Assembly: GCA_035703635.1 (NCBI GenBank)
Contig: DASSXV010000003.1
Span: 1 to 36,301 of the forward strand
DNA length: 36,301 nt
Reading direction: 5' to 3'
Origin: Trueperaceae bacterium
Lineage (GTDB): Bacteria > Deinococcota > Deinococci > Deinococcales > Trueperaceae
The first letter of the stretch is position 1; each line of letters starts with the position of its first letter. The notes under the pieces are model-generated. The model saw only the letters and a list, made by a program, of their open reading frames with translations, was not told the DNA's origin and searched no databases. The translations under genes were made by a program, and so were the position numbers. This document shows positions 26,366-35,041 of this stretch, piece by piece.

Positions 26366-27209
26366 CGTGGTCACGCCGGAGGCCAGGCCGAGAGTGCGGA
26401 CCGTGCGACTACGCGACCTCACCACGTTGCGTGTTGGCGGCGAGGCCGAGTTGTGGGAAGTCGATGACGCCGCCGACCTGGCGCTAGCGACGTCCGCGCC
26501 TTACCGCGTGCTAGGGTCCGGCGCCAACCTGCTCGTGGCCGACGCCGGAGTGCCTGAGCGCGTCGTGCGCTTAGGCCGCGCGTACAACACCATGGCTGCT
26601 TTCGGCGCGGCTAAGGACGTGTGGGTCGGGGCTGGCACTCCCCTGCCCGGCCTCGTGCGGCGCGCTCAGCGCGCAGGCCTCTCCGGGCTAGAGGGCCTAT
26701 CGGGCGTGCCTGCCGTACTTGGCGGCGCCATCGCCATGAACGCTGGCACCCGCTTCGGAGAGATGTCCGACAGCGTCACGGAGGTCGAGTTGTTCGTTGA
26801 CGGTGCGCTAGTAGTGGTTCCCGCCGCCGAGCTCGGTTTCAGCTACCGCCACGCCAACCTCCCTGCCGGCGCTATCGTCACGCGGGCGCGCCTGCAGCTG
26901 ACGGAGGCGACTCCCGAGAGCGTCGCCAACACGACGAACTTGGTCGACGCGGCGCGCGCAGGACAACCCAAAGTCAAGTCGGCAGGCTGCGCGTTCAAGA
27001 ACCCAACCAACGACTCAGCTGGGCGCCTCATCGACGCGGCAGGCCTCAAGGGCCTGCGCGTCGGCGACGCCATGGTCGCCCACGAGCACGGCAACTTCGT
27101 CGTCAACCTCGGTGACGCGACCGCCGCCGACGTGCTCGAGCTCCTCACGCAAGTCAAGGAGCGCGTGCCGCAGCCGCTGGAGCTGGAATGGCGCCTGTGG
27201 GGCTTCTGA
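26352..27209 (+). CDS. murB: UDP-N-acetylenolpyruvoylglucosamine reductase (Cys-type)
   Basis: TTLRVGG, LGSGANLLV, GLSGLE, GGAIAMNAG, FSYR, SAGCAFKNP, HGNFVVN, LELE; start uncertain (GTG 26352 or 26367). Confidence 0.94.
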   Translation: MPEANVVTPEARPRVRTVRLRDLTTLRVGGEAELWEVDDAADLALATSAPYRVLGSGANLLVADAGVPERVVRLGRAYNTMAAFGAAKDVWVGAGTPLPGLVRRAQRAGLSGLEGLSGVPAVLGGAIAMNAGTRFGEMSDSVTEVELFVDGALVVVPAAELGFSYRHANLPAGAIVTRARLQLTEATPESVANTTNLVDAARAGQPKVKSAGCAFKNPTNDSAGRLIDAAGLKGLRVGDAMVAHEHGNFVVNLGDATAADVLELLTQVKERVPQPLELEWRLWGF

Positions 27210-27210
27210 G

Positions 27211-27810
27211 GTGCGTCGCCTCGGCCTGCTACTCCTGATCCTGTTGGCTGCGGCACTCGTCGTCAGCCTGTTCGTTCCGAAGGTCAAGTACGTGACAGTG
27301 GAAGGCAACGTTCATCACGACACGGAGAGCATCAAGCGTCTAGCGAACGTGTTCGGAGGCGAGCCGTTCCTGTGGGTAACGGCAGGCAGGGTGAGGGGTC
27401 TCGTCGCGGACCCCTGGATCTTGCAGGCGACGGTCGTGAGGCAGTGGCCCGACCGCGTGAGCATCTTCGTGACGGAACGGCAGCCCGCCATAGCGAGCGG
27501 TGAGACGACTTGGGCGGACGATGGTACAGTCCTTCTCGGCGCGACCCCGGCGGAGACGGCGGGGCTACCACGGCTCGAAGGCTGGGGTCCGGTGCGCACT
27601 TCGGAGGCCATCACCCTCTTGAGGTTGCTGCGACCGTTCGGCACCGAGGTGATAAGCTACTCGCCGGAAGGATTCGAAATTCTCTTGGACGGCACACAGC
27701 TTTTCACGCCGAGCGCGGAGGCTCTGCGCGAGCACTGGTCGGCATTCGTAAGCCACCGTGGGGGCCGCATGGCGGTTTACCCTTGGGGAGTGAGCAAGGC
27801 ACATGAGTGA
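27211..27810 (+). CDS. ftsQ: FtsQ/DivIB-family protein (short)
   Basis: TM helix, POTRA-like region (VTVEGN...DPWI...VVRQWPDRVSIFVTERQP); lies before ftsA. Confidence 0.85.
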   Translation: MRRLGLLLLILLAAALVVSLFVPKVKYVTVEGNVHHDTESIKRLANVFGGEPFLWVTAGRVRGLVADPWILQATVVRQWPDRVSIFVTERQPAIASGETTWADDGTVLLGATPAETAGLPRLEGWGPVRTSEAITLLRLLRPFGTEVISYSPEGFEILLDGTQLFTPSAEALREHWSAFVSHRGGRMAVYPWGVSKAHE

Positions 27811-29041
27811 CGAACGCATAATCGTCGGGCTCGACATCGGCACCACCAAGATCTGCACCGTCATCGGCGAGGTAGCCTCCGACGGCGTTCTCGACATCAT
27901 CGGTGAGGGTACGGTCCCATCTGACGGCCTCCGCAAGGGCGTCGTCGTCAACCTCGAACGCACCATCGCCGCCGTGAGGCAGTCGGTGGCGGCAGCGCAA
28001 CGCGTTGCTGGCGTGGAGGTCCACTCCGCGTGGGTCGGCGTGGCAGGCAGCCACCTCAAGGCACTGACCAGCCATGGCATGACCGCCATCCGCCGTGGTT
28101 ACGACGTTACGCGCACTGACGTCGAGCGCACCATCGAGAACGCTCGCGCCGTTCCACTAGAAGCGAACATGGAGATCCTCCATGTCATCCCTCAAGAGTA
28201 CGTGGTCGACGGCAACGACGGCATCAAGGACCCGCTCGGCATGTCCGGCGTGCGCCTCGAGGTCGACGTGCACATCGTCGCTGGCGCCCAAGGCCCGCTG
28301 CAGAACCTCAAGCGCTGCGCTACGGATGCCGGTATCGGCGTGGACGGCATGGTCGTGCAGGCGCTCGCCTCTGGCCTAGCCGTGCTCAACCGCGGCGAGC
28401 AGGAACTGACGACGCTGCTTATCGACATCGGCGGGGGAACGACGGACGTCGGCGTCTTCCATCGCGGCACGCTTTCGCACTCTGCGGTCATCCCCCTCGG
28501 CGGCGACCACATCACGCAAGACATCAGTCAACTCCTGCGCATCCCACCCGACGAGGCGGAGCGCGTCAAGCGCCGCTACGGCGTCGCCCTTCCCGAACTG
28601 GCGGACCGCGACGTCGAGCTGGAAGTCGCCAACCCTAGTTACACGGCGAGCATCTCCACCTTCGAGCTAGCTCAGGTCATCAGGCCACGCGTCGTAGAGA
28701 TCCTCGACATGGTCAGGCGCGACATCGAGCAGCGCATGGGCGCCCTCGAGTTGCTCGCAGGCAACGTAGTCATCACCGGCGGCGCCTCGCTCATGCCCGG
28801 TGTCGAGCAGGTCGCCAACGACCGCTTCCGCCTGCCCGTGCGCATCGGCAAGCCGGACGGCGTGTCCGGCCTCTCAGACGTCGTCGCGAGCCCAGCTCAT
28901 GCAACGGCGGTAGGCTTGGTACGGTACGGCGTTGCACACGGTCCGCTGATCGCGCCGACGACCCGCAGGGCCCGCCCTAGCGACGATGAGGGCGAGAACT
29001 TCATCGGTCGCATTCGTAAGGTACTGAAGGACTTCTTCTAA
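27803..29041 (+). CDS. ftsA: Cell division protein FtsA
   Basis: GLDIGTTKI, PLGMSGVRLE, IDIGGGTTD, LGGDHITQDI, VITGG, ATAVGL, C-terminal amphipathic RIRKVLKDFF. Confidence 0.97.
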   Translation: MSDERIIVGLDIGTTKICTVIGEVASDGVLDIIGEGTVPSDGLRKGVVVNLERTIAAVRQSVAAAQRVAGVEVHSAWVGVAGSHLKALTSHGMTAIRRGYDVTRTDVERTIENARAVPLEANMEILHVIPQEYVVDGNDGIKDPLGMSGVRLEVDVHIVAGAQGPLQNLKRCATDAGIGVDGMVVQALASGLAVLNRGEQELTTLLIDIGGGTTDVGVFHRGTLSHSAVIPLGGDHITQDISQLLRIPPDEAERVKRRYGVALPELADRDVELEVANPSYTASISTFELAQVIRPRVVEILDMVRRDIEQRMGALELLAGNVVITGGASLMPGVEQVANDRFRLPVRIGKPDGVSGLSDVVASPAHATAVGLVRYGVAHGPLIAPTTRRARPSDDEGENFIGRIRKVLKDFF

Positions 29042-29068
29042 GGTTGGAATGGAAAGGTGGGCGAGGCG

Positions 29069-30145
29069 ATGAGTAACGTCGACAACGCAGTCATCCGAGT
29101 GATCGGGCTGGGTGGCGGGGGCAACAACGCTGTGAACCGCATGATCGAGACGGGGCTGCGGGGCGTCGAGTTCGTAGCCGCCAACACCGACGCGCAAGTG
29201 CTGGCCACTTCCCTGGCCGACGTCCGCATTCAGATGGGCGACCACCTGACGAAGGGTCTCGGCGCTGGCGCCGACCCGGAGGTCGGCGAGAAGGCCGCCC
29301 TCGAGGACCGCGACCGCATCGCGGAGGCCCTGCGCGGCTCCGACCTCGTGTTCATCACGGCCGGCATGGGCGGCGGCACCGGCACTGGCAGCGCGCCAGT
29401 GGTTGCCGAAGTCGCCCGCGAGCTCGGCGCCTTGGCCATCGCCGTCGTCACCTCACCGTTCCAGATGGAGGGGCCGCGCCGCATGGCGCAGGCGCAAGAG
29501 GGCCTCAGGCGCCTCGAGGACAAGGTCGATGCGCTCATCGTGGTGGAGAACCAACGCCTCATGTCTGCGCTCGACCGCAAGGCGCGCTTGCAGGACGCGT
29601 TCCGCGTGGCCGACCGCGTGCTGTACCACGGCGTTCGCGGCATCAGCGACGTCATCAACGTGCCCGGCCTCATCAACGTCGACTTCGCTGACGTGAAGGC
29701 GCTCCTCAAGGGCGCTGGCACGGTCCTCATGGGCATCGGCGCTGGCCGTGGGGAGAACCTCGCGGACGAGGCAGCCGAGAGCGCCACGCACTCCCCGCTG
29801 CTGGCCCGCGGCGTCGAGGGCGCCCGCAACCTCCTCATCAACATCACCGGCTCCGACGACCTCACCCTGCACGACGCGAACGAGATCGTCACTAAGATCT
29901 GCGACGCCACCGAAGTCGACGACCCCAACGTGCTCTTCGGCGTCACGTACGACGATGATGCAGGCGACGAGGTGCGCGTCACCGTCATAGCGGCCGGCTT
30001 CGACCAGGCCCCGCAGACGCGCGTGCTGCGCCCGACGCACCTACGCGCTGGCATAGGCGGCGCAGGCGGCGGCAAGACCTACGATCCAAGCAACTACGAC
30101 ATCCCCGCCTTCTTGCGCTACAACCCGGACGGCAACGACAACTGA
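29069..30145 (+). CDS. ftsZ: Cell division protein FtsZ
   Basis: VIGLGGGGNNAVNRM, GMGGGTGTG, GLINVDFADV, YDIPAFLR; start ATG 29069 (alternative GTG 29057). Confidence 0.98.
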   Translation: MSNVDNAVIRVIGLGGGGNNAVNRMIETGLRGVEFVAANTDAQVLATSLADVRIQMGDHLTKGLGAGADPEVGEKAALEDRDRIAEALRGSDLVFITAGMGGGTGTGSAPVVAEVARELGALAIAVVTSPFQMEGPRRMAQAQEGLRRLEDKVDALIVVENQRLMSALDRKARLQDAFRVADRVLYHGVRGISDVINVPGLINVDFADVKALLKGAGTVLMGIGAGRGENLADEAAESATHSPLLARGVEGARNLLINITGSDDLTLHDANEIVTKICDATEVDDPNVLFGVTYDDDAGDEVRVTVIAAGFDQAPQTRVLRPTHLRAGIGGAGGGKTYDPSNYDIPAFLRYNPDGNDN

Positions 30146-30202
30146 CCGCAGCTAGGCGCGGTGCTACGGCGCCGGGCCGCGTTCGACTGACTTCGGAGCA
30201 CC

Positions 30203-30694
30203 ATGCGCGACATCAAGTTCCGTGGGCGGCTCATCACGGTGGCCGTCCAGGACGAACATTGGGAGATAGTCGAGCACCCCGACGCCGTGGCAGTGATCGT
30301 CGCGCGCGGGCGCGAGTTGCTCGGCGTGCGCCAGATGCGACCAGCGGTTGGAGTCAGCACGTGGGAGATTCCGGCGGGGCTGATAGACGCTGGCGAGGAC
30401 CCGCTGGCCGCCGCCGGGCGTGAGTTGAGCGAAGAAGTGCAACTCGCGGGCGAGCTGAGGTTGATCACGCGCCTCTACGCCTCCCCTGGCTTCACCGACG
30501 AACAGTGCTACCTCTATGAAGCGACCGAACTGCAACACCAGCCCGGCACCCCAGACCCGGGCGAGCACCTCGCGCCAGAGTGGCGGGACGCCCTCGAGGT
30601 CTGGAACGCCGTGCGTGCGGGAACCGAGTCGACCTCCGGCGTGACGTTGCTCGCCGTTAGGCACGTGCTGGCGCGCTCCGGCGTCGACCTGTGA
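30203..30694 (+). CDS. Nudix hydrolase, ADP-ribose pyrophosphatase-like
   Basis: Nudix box EIPAGLIDAGEDPLAAAGRELSEE; VEHPDAV, RQMRP, YASPGFTDE. Confidence 0.9.
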   Translation: MRDIKFRGRLITVAVQDEHWEIVEHPDAVAVIVARGRELLGVRQMRPAVGVSTWEIPAGLIDAGEDPLAAAGRELSEEVQLAGELRLITRLYASPGFTDEQCYLYEATELQHQPGTPDPGEHLAPEWRDALEVWNAVRAGTESTSGVTLLAVRHVLARSGVDL

Positions 30695-31590
30695 CCCTCC
30701 CCCGCACGACTACCGACTTGGCTGACGCGGAGCTCCGCGGCGCCGTCTTGTGCATCGGCAACTTCGATGGCGTGCACCTGGGTCACCGCATGCTCCTCGC
30801 CCGCATGCGCGCCCTTGCGGAAGCGTTGCACCGCCCAGCGGCCGTCATCACCTTCTTCCCACCTGCGCGCGTGCTGTTCGAAGGCGCCACCTACCTCATG
30901 ACCCCGGAGGAGAAGCTCCTCGCCCTTGCCGAGTTCAAGCCGAACGTGGTCGTCAACTTGACCTTCGATAAGGCCTTCGCCGCCACCCGCAAGGAAGTGT
31001 GGTTGGGTGAGCTGGCCGCGCTCGAGCCTGCTGCCATCGTGGTCGGCGAGGACTTCCGCTTCGGGAACGCTCGGCGTGGTGACGTTACCGACCTGCGCGC
31101 CATCACGAACCACCTAGATGCCTTCACCCTGCTCGAGGTCGACGGCGCGCCAGTCAAGTCGTCGCGCATCAGGGCCCTGCTGGCGGAGGGCGACGTCGCT
31201 GGCGCTGCGCACCTTCTCGGCGAGCCGTACCTCGTGCGCGGCGCGGTGCTGCGCGGGCAGCAGCGCGGGCGCAGCATCGGGTACCCGACGGCCAACCTGG
31301 CGGTCGCTCCTGGCAAGGCACTGCCCTCCGGCGTGTTCGCCGTGCGGGCCACGGTGGGTATCGAGACGTTCGGCGGCATGGCGAACGTCGGCGCCCGCCC
31401 GACGTTCGCAGAGGAGCCGCCTGCCCTCGAGGTGCACCTCTTCGACTTCAACGGCGACCTCTACGGCTCCACCATCGACGTGCGTTTCGTGGAGCGGCTG
31501 CGGGGGCAGGTGCGCTTCGCGGGCATCGACGAGCTGCGTGCACAGTTGGCGGCAGACGAAGTGGCCGCCCGCCGTCTCCTGGCCGTTTAG
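30691..31590 (+). CDS. ribF: Bifunctional riboflavin kinase/FAD synthetase
   Basis: IGNFDGVHLGH, VGEDFRFG, SSRIR, GRSIGYPTANL, GARPTF, EVHLFDF. Confidence 0.96.
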   Translation: MTLPRTTTDLADAELRGAVLCIGNFDGVHLGHRMLLARMRALAEALHRPAAVITFFPPARVLFEGATYLMTPEEKLLALAEFKPNVVVNLTFDKAFAATRKEVWLGELAALEPAAIVVGEDFRFGNARRGDVTDLRAITNHLDAFTLLEVDGAPVKSSRIRALLAEGDVAGAAHLLGEPYLVRGAVLRGQQRGRSIGYPTANLAVAPGKALPSGVFAVRATVGIETFGGMANVGARPTFAEEPPALEVHLFDFNGDLYGSTIDVRFVERLRGQVRFAGIDELRAQLAADEVAARRLLAV

Positions 31591-31605
31591 GCTCGACCGC
31601 GAACG

Positions 31606-31611
31606 TATACT
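31606..31611 (+). promoter_or_regulatory. -10 element (TATACT), leaderless rlmB promoter
   Basis: TATACT-cccggc-ATG, 6-nt spacing, no SD. Confidence 0.75.
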
Positions 31612-31617
31612 CCCGGC

Positions 31618-32373
31618 ATGTGGATCTACGGGCGTAACGCTGTCTTGGAGGCCCTTCGCGACTCGCAAGTAGAGCGAGTCGCCGTCGCGCGGGGCGTGCA
31701 GCCAACCATCCTCAAGGAACTGCGCCGCGCCAGCAGCGCGGCAGACGTGCCGCTTGACGAAGTGCCGCGCATCCAGCTAGACCAGGAGCTCAAGACCACG
31801 CAGCACCAGGGCGTTGCCGCGCTTCTACCCGAGATCAGGACGGCGCCGCTTTCCGCAGCCAGCGAGCGGGCGAGCCAACGCGGTGAGCAGCTCCTGCTCG
31901 TGCTGCTCGATCACCTCACCGACCCGCGCAACGTCGGTGCCATCATCCGCAGCGCAGAGGCGCTGGGCGCGCACGGCGTGGTCATGGAGGAGCGACGTTC
32001 AGCGCCCCTCACAGCCGTTGTCGTCAAGGCCGCGGCTGGGGCAACGGCGCACATTCCCCTAGTGGTCGTGACGAACTTGGCGCGCACCATCGAGGAGTTG
32101 AAGGCGGACGGCGTGTGGGTGTACGGCGCAGACGGCGGTGCGACCAACGACCCGAGCGACCTCGATTGGGTCAGGCCAGTGGCGTTGGTCATCGGCTCGG
32201 AGGGCGACGGCATGCGCCGCCTAGTGCGTGAACGCTGCGACGAGCTCGTAGCCATACCCCTCGCAGGCCGCGTCAGCTCGCTCAACGCCGGCGTCGCGGC
32301 CGGGATCCTGCTTTACGCCGCGGTTTCGGCGCGGTCGAACGTCAAGGCGCCCAAGCGCGGCGCGGAACGGTAG
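31618..32373 (+). CDS. rlmB: 23S rRNA Gm2251 2'-O-methyltransferase (SpoU family)
   Basis: IYGRNAVLEAL, HQGV, DPRNVGAIIRSA, IGSEGDGM, SLNAGVA. Confidence 0.93.
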   Translation: MWIYGRNAVLEALRDSQVERVAVARGVQPTILKELRRASSAADVPLDEVPRIQLDQELKTTQHQGVAALLPEIRTAPLSAASERASQRGEQLLLVLLDHLTDPRNVGAIIRSAEALGAHGVVMEERRSAPLTAVVVKAAAGATAHIPLVVVTNLARTIEELKADGVWVYGADGGATNDPSDLDWVRPVALVIGSEGDGMRRLVRERCDELVAIPLAGRVSSLNAGVAAGILLYAAVSARSNVKAPKRGAER

Positions 32374-32379
32374 TCAGTC

Positions 32380-34362
32380 ATGGCAAGAGGCGTGAAGAGC
32401 AGCGACTTACTGACGCTGGCAACGGTATCGGACGTGCAGGTGGCGCCGGATGGGCGTTCGGCCATCTGGGTCGTCACCGACATCGTGTCAAGCGACAACG
32501 GCGCCAAAGGTGGCGCCGACGCAGCCCCGCCGCGCTACCGCAGCCGATTGCACCTCAGCAGGAACCTAGCCAAGCAGGGCGGCGACAGTTTCACGCGCGG
32601 CGAGTACGCCGACACCAAGCCGCGCTACTCACCAAGCGGCGACCGGGTGGCCTTCCTGCGCGTGGCCGAGGCGGGGGGACGACCGCAGCTGTACGTCATG
32701 CCGCTCGACGGGGGCGAACCTAAGCGCGTCACCGAGCACAAGGCGGGGGTCATGTCGTTCGCGTGGGCTGGGGGCGATCAGCTTGCGTACGTAACGCTAG
32801 ACGATTACGAGGACCTTGGCGCGAAGAACGGTCTTCCCCGGCGCATAACGAAGCGCTACTGGCGAGCAGACGGGGCTGGGGTGCTGCCGACGACTCCGGC
32901 GCAAGTTCACGTCGTCGATTCGGGAAGTGGGGCGACCCGCAAACTAACCGACCTGCCTGGCTCCCCCACCCTCATCGCGGTCGCACCCGACGGACTCACG
33001 CTCTGGGCCCTCGTCATGGCGGGCGAGCGGCCGCGCGGCGACTTCACGACCGACCTGGTCACCGTCGACCTCAAGACCGGCGCCCACGCCGTCCGCTTGC
33101 CAGAGCTCATCGGCGTCTCGACGCTCGTACCTTCGCCTGACGGCAAGTGGCTGGCGTACACGGCCAGCCAAGTGCAGGACGACGTCGCTTCCGAGTCAGG
33201 CGTGTGGGTTCTCGACCTAGGCGAGAAGCGCAGCCAACCGCGTTTGATCTCCGGCGAGCGCGTAACGCCACCTAGCGCTGGCGGCGATAGCCGTTACGGC
33301 ACGTACTCCTCCGCGCCAGCATGGAGCCCGGATAGCCGCAGCCTACTCATCAACCTGAACGCTGAGGGTGCCAGCGGGCTGGCGCGCATAGACCTGACAG
33401 GCGACGTGGAAGTGCTCCAGCCTGAACGGCGCGTCGTCACCGGCTTCACCGTTCCGCGGGACAACAGTGAGCTGGAGGCGCTGTTCACGGCCGAGTACCC
33501 CGACCGTCCTGGTGAGGTCTACGCCCGTTGGCGCGGCGGCCGCGAGTCGCAAGTCAGCCGCGTCAACAGCGCCTGGAGCCGGCGCCTCACCCTCGTCGCT
33601 CCCGAAGGACCGTTCGCCGCGGGCGCCGCCGACGCGCCTTACTGGCTGCTGAGGCCGGCGAAGGCGCGCGCCGACGGCGCTGCCGTCGTGCAGGTGCACG
33701 GGGGGCCGCACACGAACTACGGTTACGGCTTCAACCTCGAGTTCCAGCTCTTGGCGGCCAAGGGGTACGCCGTCATCTTCGGCAACCCGCGCGGGAGCAG
33801 CAGTTACGGCTTCAGTTTCGCGACCAGCTTCCTCGGCAACTACGGCTCGGTCGACGCTGACGACGTCATGGCCTTCGCCGAGGCCGGCCACGCCAGGCTG
33901 GGCCGCAAGGACGCGCCGCTGCACCTCACGGGCGGCAGTTACGGTGGCTTCATGACGAACTGGCTGGTCGGGCAGACGACGCGCTTCCGCTCCGCCGTCA
34001 CCCAGCGCAGCATCTGTAACTGGACGAGCATGTACGGCACCTCCGACATCGGGCCGTGGTTCGTCGAGCGCGAGATCGGCGGAGTGCCGTGGGGTGACGC
34101 CGAGGCGTTGTGGCGGCAAAGCCCAATCCGCTTCGCTGACAAGATAACGACGCCCCTGCTGATAGTTCACTCCGAGGAGGACTACCGCTGCCCTATCGAG
34201 CAGGGTGAGCAGCTGTTCTCGGTGCTGAAACGCCTCGGCAAGGCGGAGACGGAGTTCTTCAGGGTGCCGGGCGAAGGGCACGAGCTCTCGCGCTCCGGTC
34301 GCCCCGACCGACGCGTGCAGCGCCTAGACGCCATTGTTGACTGGTTCGAGCGGCACGCGTAA
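32380..34362 (+). CDS. S9 family serine peptidase (acylaminoacyl-peptidase-like, beta-propeller plus alpha/beta hydrolase)
   Basis: SPDG-type propeller repeats; VHGGPH, NPRGS, GGSYGG (Ser), EEDYRC (Asp), EGHEL (His). Confidence 0.93.
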   Translation: MARGVKSSDLLTLATVSDVQVAPDGRSAIWVVTDIVSSDNGAKGGADAAPPRYRSRLHLSRNLAKQGGDSFTRGEYADTKPRYSPSGDRVAFLRVAEAGGRPQLYVMPLDGGEPKRVTEHKAGVMSFAWAGGDQLAYVTLDDYEDLGAKNGLPRRITKRYWRADGAGVLPTTPAQVHVVDSGSGATRKLTDLPGSPTLIAVAPDGLTLWALVMAGERPRGDFTTDLVTVDLKTGAHAVRLPELIGVSTLVPSPDGKWLAYTASQVQDDVASESGVWVLDLGEKRSQPRLISGERVTPPSAGGDSRYGTYSSAPAWSPDSRSLLINLNAEGASGLARIDLTGDVEVLQPERRVVTGFTVPRDNSELEALFTAEYPDRPGEVYARWRGGRESQVSRVNSAWSRRLTLVAPEGPFAAGAADAPYWLLRPAKARADGAAVVQVHGGPHTNYGYGFNLEFQLLAAKGYAVIFGNPRGSSSYGFSFATSFLGNYGSVDADDVMAFAEAGHARLGRKDAPLHLTGGSYGGFMTNWLVGQTTRFRSAVTQRSICNWTSMYGTSDIGPWFVEREIGGVPWGDAEALWRQSPIRFADKITTPLLIVHSEEDYRCPIEQGEQLFSVLKRLGKAETEFFRVPGEGHELSRSGRPDRRVQRLDAIVDWFERHA

Positions 34363-34377
34363 GGCCACGCGTAAGGC
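34354..34377. repeat. Perfect 12-bp tandem duplication across the peptidase stop codon
   Basis: CACGCGTAAGGC at 34354-34365 and 34366-34377. Confidence 0.9.
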
Positions 34378-34418
34378 CGCTCGAAGTAAGCCCGCTTAGC
34401 GCACGCCGCCGCGGCCTG

Positions 34419-34427
34419 TGGTAGCAT
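34419..34427 (+). promoter_or_regulatory. Extended -10 (TGgTAGCAT) for rpsO
   Basis: TGn-TANNNT about 80 nt upstream of the rpsO ATG. Confidence 0.65.
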
Positions 34428-34433
34428 CCTTAG

Positions 34434-34506
34434 TTGGCGCCTGGACCGGCATCGACTCCTATCATTGGATCCGGCCTGGGTAATAAGAATCTGAAAGGCA
34501 ATCCTC
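34434..34506 (+). promoter_or_regulatory. Candidate S15 autoregulatory leader
   Basis: Imperfect hairpin GCCTGGACCGG...CCGGCCTGGGT in the rpsO 5' UTR; rpsO leaders are autoregulatory in several phyla. Confidence 0.45.
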
Positions 34507-34776
34507 ATGCCCATGAACGCGGAACAGAAGCTCGAAGTAATGCGCAAGTACGGTAAAGACAGCCAGGATTCCGGCTCGACCTCCGTGCAAGTCGCACTCC
34601 TCACCAAGCGCATCGAGGAGCTAAGCCAGCACCTTCAGGTCCACAAGAAGGACCACCATAGCCGCCGCGGCCTCCTCATGATGGTCGGCAAGCGCAAGCG
34701 CCTCCTCACCTACCTGGAGCGCACGAACTACGACGGTTACAAGGAACTCATCGCTAGCCTCGGCCTCCGCCGCTGA
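34507..34776 (+). CDS. rpsO: 30S ribosomal protein S15
   Basis: DSGSTSVQVALLT, HKKDHHSRRGLLMMVGKRKRLL, LGLRR; 89 aa. Confidence 0.98.
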   Translation: MPMNAEQKLEVMRKYGKDSQDSGSTSVQVALLTKRIEELSQHLQVHKKDHHSRRGLLMMVGKRKRLLTYLERTNYDGYKELIASLGLRR

Positions 34777-35041
34777 GGTCAAGCGTCAGGAAGCAGTCCA
34801 CTCTGCTAGTTCGAGTCAGTGAAAATACGCTTACAGCCGTGATCTACGGCCGTCACAGCGAGTTCGGCTCTATCGGCGAGGCCAGTGCGGCCTCGCCGTT
34901 CGCACAGTACGGGGGCGTGAAGCTACAAGGTGGCCGCGCCCATCTATTGCCCCACCGGGGCGCATCAAGCCGCCGTTCGCGTTCCAACGTAAACGCGTCA
35001 CGGCGCGCACAGCGGGTAACAAGGCAGTCGAAGGAGAGAGC

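Noticed and set aside
26975..27005. Cys instead of the catalytic Ser in MurB (SAGCAFKNP)
   Set aside because: Known functional variant, as in Thermus MurB
34790..34825. GTTCGAGTC resembling a tRNA T-loop (also at 13930)
   Set aside because: No 5-bp T-stem, acceptor stem or anticodon arm around either copy; not a tRNA or remnant
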